The notes beneath the pieces were generated by a model. It searched no databases and had not been told where the DNA came from. It worked only from the letters and a program-made list of their open reading frames with translations. A program made the position numbers and the translations under genes. From an uncultured Candidatus Rokubacteria bacterium (GTDB taxonomy: Bacteria; Methylomirabilota; Methylomirabilia; Rokubacteriales; CSP1-6), in contig CAVXJS010000011.1 of the NCBI GenBank assembly GCA_963762145.1, positions 899,621 to 963,620 on the forward strand: 64,000 nt of DNA, in the 5' to 3' direction. Positions 1 to 10,120 of the stretch are shown one piece after another (within the stretch, counting starts at the first letter, position 1; every line of letters begins with the position of its first letter).

Positions 1-468
1 GAGCGGCTGATGGCGCCGGTGCTCGACTTCGTGAACGCGATCCGCACCGTCCGCAGCGAGAGCCGGATCTCGCCCGCGGTGGAGCTGGGCGTGACGGTCA
101 AGCCGGCGACGCCGGCGGTCGCGGCCGCGCTCGAGAGCAGCCTCGCGGTGATCGGGAGCCTGGCCCGTGCCGCCATCACGATCTCCCGCGACGGGGCGCG
201 CCCGGCGGGCGCCGCGGTGGCCACGACGCCGAGCGGCGACGTGTTCGTACGGCTCGAGGGCGTGGTGGACTTCGAAGCCGAGCGCCAGCGCTTGCGAAAG
301 GAAATCGAGCGGGCGCGCAAGGAGATCGCCTTCCTGGAGGGCAAGCTCGGCCGGCCGGAGTTCGTGGAGCGCGCGCCCGCCGAGGTGGTGGAGCGGGAGC
401 GCGAGCGGCTCGTCGAGCAGCGCCAGATCGAGCAGAAGCTCACCACGAGCCTGACGGCCCTCGGGTAG
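1..468 (+). CDS. valS: Valyl-tRNA synthetase, C-terminal fragment (5' end outside window)
   Basis: AIRTVRSE...VDFEAERQRLRKEIE...KLGRPEFVERAPAEVVERER matches the ValRS C-terminal coiled-coil arm. Confidence 0.93.
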   Translation, partial: ERLMAPVLDFVNAIRTVRSESRISPAVELGVTVKPATPAVAAALESSLAVIGSLARAAITISRDGARPAGAAVATTPSGDVFVRLEGVVDFEAERQRLRKEIERARKEIAFLEGKLGRPEFVERAPAEVVERERERLVEQRQIEQKLTTSLTALG

Positions 469-484
469 GGCGGAGCCCGCCGCC

Positions 485-1246
485 GTGCAGTTCGCGGTCC
501 ACGCCCTCGACACCACCGACTCCACGCAATCCGAGGTCCAGCGCCTGGCCGCGGCCGGTGCCGCCGAAGGCACCGTGGTCACCGCGCGGCACCAGCGGGC
601 GGGGCGCGGCCGGCGCGGGCACGACTGGTGGGACGCGCCCGGTGAGAGCCTGCTCGTCTCGGTGCTGCTGCGCCCGCCGGGGCCGGTGACGACCGCGCCC
701 CAGCTCTCGCTGGTCGGCGGGCTCGCGGTGGCCGACGCGCTCGCCGCGGCGGCCGGGGTACCCGCGCGGATCCGGTGGCCCAACGATCTGCTGGTGGAGG
801 GCCGGAAGGTGTGCGGCATCCTCGCCGAGGCCGCGTCCGGCGGAGCGGCCGCCGGCGGAGGCCGGCTCCATCACGTGATCCTGGGCATCGGCGTCAACCT
901 CGCCCAGACCGCGTTTCCCGCGGCCCTCGCGGATCGGGCGACCTCGCTGCGCCTCGTCACCGGCCGCGCCGTCGACGGCGACGCGATCCTGGCCGCGGTC
1001 CTCGAGCAGCTCGCCCGGCGCTACGAGGCGTGGCGGCTCGGCGGGTTCGCCGCGCTCCGGGCCGCGTGGCTCGAGCGGTCCACGCTGCCCGGCCAGGTCG
1101 TGCGGCTGCCCGACGGCTCCGACGGGGTGGGGGTGGACGTCGGGGACGACGGGGTCCTGGTGGCGCGCGCGGCGGACGGGCGGCGGGTCCACATCGTATC
1201 GGGGGGAGCGGTCGAGGAGGGGGTGGCGCATGCTGCTCGTGATTGA
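485..1246 (+). CDS. birA: Biotin--[acetyl-CoA-carboxylase] ligase, no N-terminal HTH
   Basis: Motifs DST, QRAGRGRRG, RWPNDLL..GRKVCGIL and GIGVN. Confidence 0.93.
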   Translation: MQFAVHALDTTDSTQSEVQRLAAAGAAEGTVVTARHQRAGRGRRGHDWWDAPGESLLVSVLLRPPGPVTTAPQLSLVGGLAVADALAAAAGVPARIRWPNDLLVEGRKVCGILAEAASGGAAAGGGRLHHVILGIGVNLAQTAFPAALADRATSLRLVTGRAVDGDAILAAVLEQLARRYEAWRLGGFAALRAAWLERSTLPGQVVRLPDGSDGVGVDVGDDGVLVARAADGRRVHIVSGGAVEEGVAHAARD

Positions 1247-2009
1247 CGTCGGCAACACCAACACCTCGATGGGCATCTACGAGCACGCGCGCCTGCGCGC
1301 GTCGTGGCGCCTCACCACGCGGCGCGAGCAGACCGCGGACGAGTGGGGCGTCTTCATCCAGACGCTCCTCGGCACGCGGGGCATCGCGCAGCAGGACATC
1401 ACCGGCGTGGCCATCTCCAACGTGGTGCCGCCCATCCAGCAGGCGCTGGAGTGGATGTGCGAGCGGTACTTCGGCGTGAACCCGCTCACGGTGGAGCCGG
1501 GGGTCACCGCCGACCTGCCCTTGAACGTGGACACTCCCCGCGAGGTAGGTGCCGATAGAGTCGTCAGCTGCGTGGCGGCCATCGCGCTATACGGCGCGCC
1601 GCTGATCGTGGTGGACTTCGGCACCGCCACCCGGTTCGATTGCGTCAACAGCCGCGGCGAGTTCATCGGCGGCGCGATCGCGCCCGGCATCAACACCGCC
1701 GCCGAGGCCCTCGTCTCGCGGGCGGCCCGGCTGTTCCGCGTCGAGCTGGTGCGCCCCAAGGACGCCATCGGCCGCAACACGATCACCAACATCCAGTCCG
1801 GCATGATCTACGGCTGGGCCGGGCTGGTGGACGGCATCGTGGAGCGCATGCGCCGGGAGATGGAGGGCGACGTGAAGGTGGTTGGGACCGGAGGGCTGGT
1901 GGGGCAGATGCGGGAAGTCGTCCAGTGCCTGCAGTTCGTCAATCCGGAATTGAAGCTCGAAGGCCTCCGGATGCTCTGGGAGCGAGCCAATCCGGCGGGC
2001 CCCCGTTGA
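1230..2009 (+). CDS. coaX: Type III pantothenate kinase
   Basis: LVIDVGNTN, GADR, VVDFGTAT and GGAIAPG motifs; typical birA-coaX synteny. Confidence 0.95.
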   Translation: MLLVIDVGNTNTSMGIYEHARLRASWRLTTRREQTADEWGVFIQTLLGTRGIAQQDITGVAISNVVPPIQQALEWMCERYFGVNPLTVEPGVTADLPLNVDTPREVGADRVVSCVAAIALYGAPLIVVDFGTATRFDCVNSRGEFIGGAIAPGINTAAEALVSRAARLFRVELVRPKDAIGRNTITNIQSGMIYGWAGLVDGIVERMRREMEGDVKVVGTGGLVGQMREVVQCLQFVNPELKLEGLRMLWERANPAGPR

Positions 2010-2035
2010 CACCCGGGGCGAGCCGCCCGTATACT
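2006..2035 (+). promoter_or_regulatory. sigma70-type promoter of the guaB3-guaA-dnaE run
   Basis: TTGACA (2006-2011), 18-bp spacer, TATACT (2030-2035). Confidence 0.75.
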
Positions 2036-2038
2036 TGC

Positions 2039-2085
2039 CCCCTAAATACAGTGGGTCGAGGCGGGCGGTTCTCTACATACAGGGT
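2039..2085. promoter_or_regulatory. Tandem NrdR-box-like operators
   Basis: cccCTAAATACAGtgg (2039-2054) and tctCTACATACAGggt (2070-2085), starts 31 bp apart, resemble the NrdR consensus acaCwAtATaTwGtgt and lie just downstream of the -10. Confidence 0.6.
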
Positions 2086-2143
2086 TCAGGCGGCCGGCAG
2101 CCGGCCCCGGGCCCAGGCCGAGTGAGGCCAGGAGGCGGGGCGT

Positions 2144-3304
2144 ATGGGGATGTGGGTCGGGCGGGGACGGAAGGCGCGGGCGGCGTACGGTTTCGATGAC
2201 ATCGCGCTGGTTCCCGGCGCCCTGACCATCAACCCCAGCGAGGTGGACATCTCCTGGGATCTCTGCGGCCACCGCTTCCCCATTCCCATCATCGCGGCGG
2301 CCATGGACGGGGTCGTGAGCCCCTCCTTCGCGATCGAGATGGGCCGGGTCGGGGGCCTCGCGGTCCTCAACCTCGAGGGCATCTTCTCCCGCTACGAGAA
2401 CCCCGACGCCGTCCTGGACCGCATCACCTCCGCCAGCCTGGAAGAGGCCACCAAGATCATCCAGGGGATCTACAGCGAGCCGATCAAGGAAGAGCTGATC
2501 CACAAGCGCATCAGCGAGATCAAGAAGGGCGGCGGCCCGGTCCTGGTCTCCTCGATCCCGCAGCGCGCGGAGCGCTTCGCCAAGATCGCGGAGGAGGCGG
2601 GCGCCGACTTCTTCGTCGTGCAGTCCACCGTGACCACCGCGCGGCACGTGGCGAGCGAGTACACCCCGGTGGACATCCGCCAGCTCAAGAAGCACCTCTC
2701 GATCCCGCTCATCATCGGCAACGTCGTCACCTACGAGGCCTGTCTCGAGCTGATGGACTGCGGCGTGGACGCGCTGCTGATCGGCGTGGGTCCGGGGGCG
2801 GCGTGCACGAGCCGCGAGGTGCTGGGCCTGGGCGTGCCCCAGGTGACCGCCACCGCGGACTCGGCGGCCGCGCGCGACTTCTACTACAAGCGGACCGGTC
2901 GCTACGTGCCGATCATCACCGACGGCGGCATGACCACCGGCGGCGACATCTGCAAAGCCTTCGCCTCCGGCGCGGACGCGGTCATGATCGGCTCCGCCTT
3001 CGCGCGCGCGAAGGAAGCGCCGGGCCGCGGCTACCACTGGGGCATGGCCACGCCGCACTCCAACCTGCCGCGCGGCACGCGCATCCGGGTGGGCATCGCG
3101 GGGCCGCTCGAGCAGATCCTCTTCGGGCCCGCGTTCACCGAAGACGGCACCCTCAACCTCGTGGGCGCGATCCGGACCTGCATGGGGTCGGTGGGCGCCA
3201 TGAACATCCGCGAGCTGCAGCAGACCGAGCTGATCATCGCGCCCTCGATCAAGACCGAGGGCAAGGTCTTCCAGCGCGCCCAGAAGCTGGGGACACCCCG
3301 GTAG
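2144..3304 (+). CDS. guaB3: GuaB3-family IMP dehydrogenase-related protein (no CBS domains)
   Basis: AYGFDDIALVP, AAAMDGVV, catalytic-loop GVGPGAACTSR, GYHWGMA; directly upstream of guaA. Confidence 0.9.
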   Translation: MGMWVGRGRKARAAYGFDDIALVPGALTINPSEVDISWDLCGHRFPIPIIAAAMDGVVSPSFAIEMGRVGGLAVLNLEGIFSRYENPDAVLDRITSASLEEATKIIQGIYSEPIKEELIHKRISEIKKGGGPVLVSSIPQRAERFAKIAEEAGADFFVVQSTVTTARHVASEYTPVDIRQLKKHLSIPLIIGNVVTYEACLELMDCGVDALLIGVGPGAACTSREVLGLGVPQVTATADSAAARDFYYKRTGRYVPIITDGGMTTGGDICKAFASGADAVMIGSAFARAKEAPGRGYHWGMATPHSNLPRGTRIRVGIAGPLEQILFGPAFTEDGTLNLVGAIRTCMGSVGAMNIRELQQTELIIAPSIKTEGKVFQRAQKLGTPR

Positions 3305-3311
3305 CCTCGCG

Positions 3312-4875
3312 GTGGCGACCCGGGCTGCCGCGCCCAGCAAGATCGCGATCCTCGATTTCGGCGGCCAGTACACCCAGCTGATCGCCCGACGCATCCGCGA
3401 GCTGGGCGTCTACTCCGAGATCCTGCCGTGCACGGATCCGGTGGACCGCGTGCTGGCGGGCGGCTACACCGGCCTCGTCCTCTCGGGCGGGCCGTCCAGC
3501 GTCTACGAGGACGAGGCGCCGCTGCCCGACAAGCGCCTGCTCGAGTCCGGCCTCCCGCTGCTCGGCATCTGCTACGGCATGCAGGCGATGGGCTTCCTCA
3601 TGGGCGGCCACGTCGTCCCGGCCGAGCGGCGCGAGTACGGCAAGGCGCAGCTCCGGATCCTGAGCCGCGAAGGCCTGCTGCGCGGCGTGGAGCCCGAGGC
3701 CGATGGGCTCGTGACCGTGTGGATGAGCCACGGGGACACCGTGCTCAAACCGCCGCCGGGCTTCACGAGCCTGGCCACCACCGACAACTGCCCGGTCGCG
3801 GCCATGGCCGACCCGGTGCGGAAGCTCTTCGCGGTCCAGTTCCATCCCGAGGTGGCGCACACGCCCCAGGGGAAGACCGTCCTGAAGAACTTCCTCGACG
3901 CCGCGGGCGTCGCGGCCGACTGGTCGATGCCCTCCTTCGTGGACTCCGCGGTCGAGAACATCCGCCGGCAGGTGGGCCGGGACCCGGTGCTCTGCGCGCT
4001 CTCGGGCGGGGTGGATTCCTCCGTGGTGGCCGCGCTGATCCACCGAGCGGTGGGCGATCAGCTCACGTGCCTCTTCGTGGACAACGGCCTGCTCCGCAAG
4101 GGCGAGGTCGAGGGCGTGGTGCGGACCTTCCGGGATGCCTTCAAGGTTAACCTGATCCATGTGGATGCAACCAAGCGATTCCTCGATCGTCTGGAAGGCG
4201 TGACGGATCCCGAGGTCAAACGCAAGGCCATCGGCGCCGAGTTCATCGCGGTCTTCGAGGACGAGGCCCGCAAGCTCGGGCACATCCCGTGGCTCGCCCA
4301 GGGCACGCTCTATCCCGACGTGATCGAGTCGGTCTCGTTCAAGGGCCCGTCGGCGACCATCAAGACGCACCATAACGTGGGCGGCCTGCCGCCCGAACAT
4401 GCGGTTCAAGCTGGTGGAGCCCTTGCGGGAGCTCTTCAAGGACGAGGTGCGCGACCTGGGCGCCCTGCTGGGCCTGCCCCGCGACATCATCTGGCGCCAG
4501 CCCTTCCCGGGGCCCGGGCTCGCCATCCGCGTGCTGGGCGAGGTGACGGAGGAGCGCCTGGCGGTCCTGCGCGAGGCGGACGCCATCGTCCAGGAGGAGG
4601 TGCGCCAGGCCGGCCTCGAGCGCGAGCTCTGGCAGGCCTTCGCGGTGCTGCTGCCGGTGCGCACCGTCGGGGTGCAGGGGGACTTCCGCACCTACGCGCA
4701 GGTGATCGCGCTCCGCGCGGTGATGAGCCAGGACGCCATGACCGCCGACTGGGCGCGGCTGCCCTACGACCTGCTCGGGAAGATCTCGAGCCGCATCATC
4801 AACGAGGTCAAGGGCGTGAACCGCGTCGTCTACGACATCTCTTCCAAGCCCCCCAGCACCATCGAGTGGGAGTAG
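3312..4875 (+). CDS. guaA: GMP synthase (glutamine-hydrolysing), one apparent frameshift near 4390-4398
   Basis: [31 protein letters not shown] and [11 protein letters not shown] in ORF 3312; [12 protein letters not shown]...[10 protein letters not shown] in ORF 4399-4875. Confidence 0.95.
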
Positions 4876-4954
4876 TTCGGATGAGCGCTCGCGCGAAGCA
4901 GCCCAACCGCCAAACCGAAGTCCTCCACATCCAAGCTAGCTGAAAGAGCCCGTC

Positions 4955-7900
4955 CTGAAACACGCCGACTTCGTCCATCTGCACGTCCACTCCGAGTACA
5001 GCCTGCTGGACGGCGCGGCCCGGCTGGAGAAGCTGGTCGAAGCGCGCCAAGGCGCTGAAGTTCCCGGCCCTGGCCCTCACCGACCACGGCAACCTCTTCG
5101 GGGCGGTGGACTTCTACACCGCCTGCGAGAAGGCGGGCGTGAAGCCGATCCTGGGCTGCGAGCTCTACGTGGCCCCGGGCAGCCGCTTCGAGCGCTCGAG
5201 CCAGGACGGCGGCTACGAAGGCGCGAGCCACTGCACGGTGCTCGGCGCGCACCCGCGCCGGCTACGCCAACCTCATGAAGCTCGTCTCCAAGGCCTACCT
5301 CGAGGGCTACTACTACAAGCCACGGGTGGACCGCGAGCTGCTGGCCCAGCACGCGGACGGGCTCCTCGTGCTCTCGGGCTGCCTCAACTCCGAGGTGAGC
5401 CGGCAGCTCACGGCGGGGACGAGGCCAAGGCGCTGCAGACCGCGGGCTGGTACCAGGAGGTGTTCGGCAAGGACTACTACTTCATGGAGGTGCAGGTCGC
5501 ACGGCCTCGAGCAGCAGGTGGCGGTGACCGAGGGCACCGTCAAGATCGCCCGCGCCATCGGCGCGCCCCTGTGCGGCACGAACGACTCGCACTACCTCGA
5601 GGCCGAGCACTCGCGCGCCCACGAGGCGCTCCTCTGCATCCAGACCGGCACCACCATGAGCGATCCCAACCGGTGGAAGTTCTCGAGCAACGAGTTCTAC
5701 GTGAAGTCGGCCGACGAGATGAAGGCCGGTCTTCAAGGACCTGCCCGAGGCCTACCGCAACACGCTGGCGGTGGCCGAGCGGTGCAACCTCGATCTGCAG
5801 TTCGGCCAGTTCCACCTGCCCAAGTACCAGGTGCCGGACGGCTTCACGCTCGACTCGTATCTGGAGGAGCTCGCCTTCGAGGGCCTCAAGTCGCGCTACG
5901 GCGGATCACCGGCCGACGCGGTGGTGGAGCGCCTCCGCTACGAGCTGGGCGTGGTCTCCAAGATGGGCTTCTCCGGCTACTTCCTGGTGGTCTGGGACTT
6001 CATCAGCTACGCGCGCCGCCAGGGGATCGCGGTGGGGCCGGGGCGCGGCTCCTCCGCGGGCTCGCTGGTCGCCTACTGCCTCGGCATCACCAACGTCGAC
6101 CCGATCCGCTACGGGCTGATCTTCGAGCGATTCTTGAACCCCGAGCGGATCTCGATGCCGGACATGGACATCGACTTCGCGGACGACCGGCGCGACGAGG
6201 TCATCCGCTACGTGGTGGACCGCTACGGGGCCGACCGGGTCGCTCACATCATCACGTTCGGGACCATGGGGGCCAAGGCGGTGATCCGCGACGTGGCCCG
6301 CGTGCTCGGCTTCTCCTACGGCGAGGCGGACCGCATCGCCAAGCTGGTGCCCGGCTTCCCGCTCAACATCTCGCTGGACGAGGCGCTCGAGAAGGCCCCG
6401 CCGCTCGCCGAGCAGGTCAAGCGCGACCAGCGGGTGGGGGAGATGTGGGCGGTGGCCCGCGCGCTCGAGGGCTGCACCCGGCACGCCTCGGTGCACGCCT
6501 CCGCGGTGGTCATCTCCGACGAGCCCCTGATGGAGCGCGTGCCGCTCTACAAGGATCCCAAGCGGCCCGGAGCTCATCACCGGTTACGCGATGGGGCCGA
6601 TCGAGAAGCTCGGCCTGCTCAAGATGGACTTCCTCGGGCTCAAGACCCTCACCGTGATCTCCGACGCCCTGCGGCTGCTCAAGGAGTCGCGCGGGATCGA
6701 GCTCGACGGCGACGGCCTGCCGCTCGACGACGCCCGGACCTACCAGCTCCTGTCCGAGGCGCGCACCTTCGGGGTGTTCCAGCTGGAGTCGGCCGGCATG
6801 CGGGACGCGCTCAAGCGCCTCAAGCCCCAGCGCATCGAGGACATCATCGCGATGGTGGCCCTCTACCGCCCGGGCCCGATGGACCTGATCGAGGACTTCG
6901 TCAACCGCAAGCACGGCCGCGCCGAGATCTCCTACGAGCACCCGCTGATGGAGCAGGTGCTCCAGGAGACCTACGGGATCATGGTCTACCAGGAGCAGGT
7001 CATGCGGCTCGCCGCGGACCTGGCCGGCTTCTCGCTCGGCGAGGCCGACACGCTCCGCAAGGCGATGGGGAAGAAGGACCGCGACCTCATGGCCACCCAG
7101 CGCGAGAAGTTCGTCTCGGGCTGCAAGGCCAACAAGATCGACGCCAAGAAGGCGGAGCGCATCTGGGACCTCATCGAGAAGTTCGCCGGCTACGGCTTCA
7201 ACAAGTGCCTGACCGCGCGACGCCCAGCATCGAGATGGCCGACGGCAAGCAGAAGCCGATCACCGAGGTGCGGGCCGGCGATTTGGTGCTCACCAAGGAC
7301 GGCCCGTACCGCGCGCGCGCGGTGCGGCCGAGCGGGGTGCGCCCGGTCGGCCGGCTCCTCCTCGCCAACGGCATGTCCGTGCGCTGCACGCCGGACCACC
7401 CGATCTTCACCCAGCGCGGCTGGGTGAACGCGGAGGAGCTTAGGCGGGACGATTTCGTCGCGGTCCTTCGCCGGCTCGCTCCGCGGGAGAGCGATGACGT
7501 GTTGCCGTCCGGACGTCTACGTGGAGTCCTGCGCGCGAGGCGATCCTGAAGGCACTACTCCAGGCTCGCGGCAGGTTGCCGCGCTGGGATCTGCGGATCT
7601 CCGTTCTGGAGGCGCGGCATGCGGCGGGAACGCCTGGCAGTGCTGGCCGATCGGCTCGATTCGCCGGCGCTCTACGCGCTGGTCGCGAGTCGGTCCGGTC
7701 GGATGGTCACGGCCACGGCGGCTTCGTCCTCGAGGGCGACGAGGCGACGTACGACTTCGAGGTGCCCGGGGCGGCGAGCTTCATCGCCAACGGCATCGCG
7801 GTCCACAACTCCCACGCCGCGTGCTACGGGGTCGTCGCGTACCAGACCGCGTATCTCAAGGCGAACTACCCGACCGAGTTCATGGCCGCCCTGCTGACCT

Positions 7901-9091
7901 CGGAAATGGAGAGGACGGACAAGATCGTCCTCTACATGGAGGAGATGCCGGGCCATGGGCCTGCGGTCGTGCCGCCCGACGTCAACGTCTCCCGCTCCGA
8001 ATTCACGGTGGCGGGGGAGGCGATTCACTTCGGCCTCGCCGCGATCAAGAACGTCGGGCGCCACCGCGATCGAGTCGATCGTGCGGACCGCGAGGCGGAC
8101 GGCCGCTTCGGCGCCTCGACGACTTCTGCGCGCGCGTCGATCTCCGGCTGGTGAACCGGAGCGTGGTCGAGTGCCTGATCAAGGCGGGCGCGTTCGACTC
8201 GCTGCAGAGCACGCGCGCCGGCCTGCTCGCCGCGCTGGACCAGGCGATGGACAGCGGCCAGCGCCAGCAGCGCGAGCGCGAGGAGGGGCAGGGCTCGCTC
8301 TTCGACGCGCTGGGCGGCGCCGTCGACGCCAAGCCGGGGCCGCGAGCCCCGCTGCGGCGGCGGCCCGTCCCGGAGTGGCCGCAGGAGGAGATGCTGGCCT
8401 ACGAGCGGGAGGTGCTGGGCTTCTACCTCTCCGGGCCATCCGCTGGAGCGCACCGGGAGATGGCCCGCCGGATCGGCGCGCTGAGCGCGCGCCGAGCTGG
8501 CCGCGCGCTCGACCGGCGCGCGCGTGCTCCTGCTCGGGCAGGTGAGCGCGTTCAGCGAGAGCACGACCAAGAGCGGCAACCGCATGGCGTTCGCCACGCT
8601 CGAGCTGGTGGACGGCAGCATTCCCCTGACGATCTTCCCCGAGCCCTACCGGAGCTGCGCGGGGGCGCTCCGGCACAAGGGGCCCGTGATCGTGCGCGGC
8701 CGCGCGGACGACAGCGACAAGGGCCGCGTCGTGCTCGCGGAGGAGATCAGAGCCCCTGGAGGACGCGATGGGCAACGCTGGCCCCGGCCGGCAACGGCCA
8801 TGGCAACGGGCAACGGTGCCGGGAACGGCGGCGCCTCCGCGCACGCCTGCCGCATCCGGGTGAGCGCCGGCGGCCGAGTCCCTGAGCGAGCTGCTCGCCT
8901 CGGTGAAGGCGGCCTGCCGCGAGCACCAGGGCCGCACGCCGCTGTTCCTCCACGTGCTGCTGCCGGAGCAGGAGGTCGTGCTGCGGATCAAGGAGAGCTC
9001 GCGGTGGATCCGGCGCCCGACCTGGTGGCGAAAGTGGAAGGGCTGCTCGGAGCGGGCAGTATGACTCGTGGAGTATGCCGGACGAGCTTGA
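4955..9091 (+). CDS. dnaE: DNA polymerase III alpha subunit containing an intein; several apparent frameshifts, start uncertain (CTG 4955)
   Basis: [16 protein letters not shown] (PHP), [54 protein letters not shown] and an OB fold, spread over frames; TGA at 9089-9091 overlaps accA. Confidence 0.93.
7206..7809 (+). mobile_element. Mini-intein (about 200 aa, no intact homing endonuclease) in DnaE between GFNK and SHAA
   Basis: Block A CLTA..IEMADG at 7206, block B TPDHPIF, blocks [22 protein letters not shown] ending at 7809, followed by Ser+1. Confidence 0.92.
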
Positions 9092-10028
9092 GTTCGAGAA
9101 GCCGATCCTCGAGCTCGAGAACCGCATCGCGGAGCTGCGCGCCTCGGAAGAGCCGCTCGAGGCGCGCGACGAGATCGCGAAGCTGGAGGAACGGCTGGCC
9201 CGCCAGCAGCAGCGCGTCTACTCGGGCTGACCGCCTGGCAGCGCGCCCAGATCGCCCGCCACCCCAAGCGCCCGCACACGCTCGATCTCATCAACCTGCT
9301 GCTCGAGGACTGGGTCGAGCTGCACGGCGACCGCGTCTTCGGCGACGACGAGGCCATCGTGGGCGGTCTGGCCGACCTTCGACGGCGAGCCGGTGGTGGT
9401 GATCGGCCACCAGAAGGGCCGCGACACGCGCGAGAACATCGCGCGCAACTTCGGGATGCCGCACCCGGAGGGCTACCGCAAGGCGCTCCGGCTGATGCAA
9501 TTCGCGGCCAAGTTCGGCAAGCCCATCATCACGTTCATCGACACGCCCGGCGCGTACCCCGGGCTCGGCGCCGAGGAGCGCGGGCAGGCCGAGGCGATCG
9601 CGCGCAACCTGCGGGAGATGGCGGGCCTGCCGACCCCGATGGTCTGCGTGGTGACCGGGGAGGGGGGCAGCGGCGGCGCGCTCGCGATCGGGGTCGGCAA
9701 CCGCGTGCTGATGCTCGAGTACGCGATCTACTCGGTGATCTCGCCCGAGGGCTGCGCGGCCATCCTGTGGGGCGACGCGGCCAAGGCCCCCGAGGCGGCC
9801 GAGCTCATGCGGGTGACCGCGCCCGATCTCCTCAAGCTGGGTGTCATCGACGCCATCGTCCCGGAGCCCGTCGGCGGCGCGCACCGGAACTGGGAGGCCA
9901 CCGCGGCCAGCCTGCGGGCCGCCCTGCGCGATCAGCTCTGGCAGCTCAAGTCCAAGTCGGAGGCCGAGCTGATCGAGGAGCGTCAGGAGAAGTTCCGCCG
10001 GATCGGCGTCTTCGAGGAGACCGTCTGA
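9075..10028 (+). CDS. accA: Acetyl-CoA carboxylase carboxyltransferase alpha (apparent frameshifts near 9225 and 9375)
   Basis: [55 protein letters not shown]; classic dnaE-accA synteny. Confidence 0.95.
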
Positions 10029-10043
10029 CCCGTCGCCCGGAGT

Positions 10044-10072
10044 TTGACATGCCGGGGGGTGGGTGTTACCGT
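10044..10072 (+). promoter_or_regulatory. sigma70-type promoter of the miaB operon
   Basis: TTGACA (10044-10049), 17-bp spacer, TG-extended TACCGT (10067-10072). Confidence 0.7.
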
Positions 10073-10087
10073 AAGTCCCGAACAATC

Positions 10088-10120
10088 ATGCGGAATTTTC
10101 CTCCGCCCTCCTCGCGCTGA
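10088..10120 (+). CDS. Putative 10-aa u[13 protein letters not shown] overlapping the miaB start (TGATG)
   Basis: First ATG after the promoter; its stop overlaps the miaB ATG; miaB has no visible SD. Confidence 0.4.
   Translation: MRNFPPPSSR

Noticed and set aside
2042-2143. Purine riboswitch in the guaB3 leader
   Set aside because: No purine aptamer core or terminator is recognisable; the AT-rich parts are better explained as paired operator boxes.
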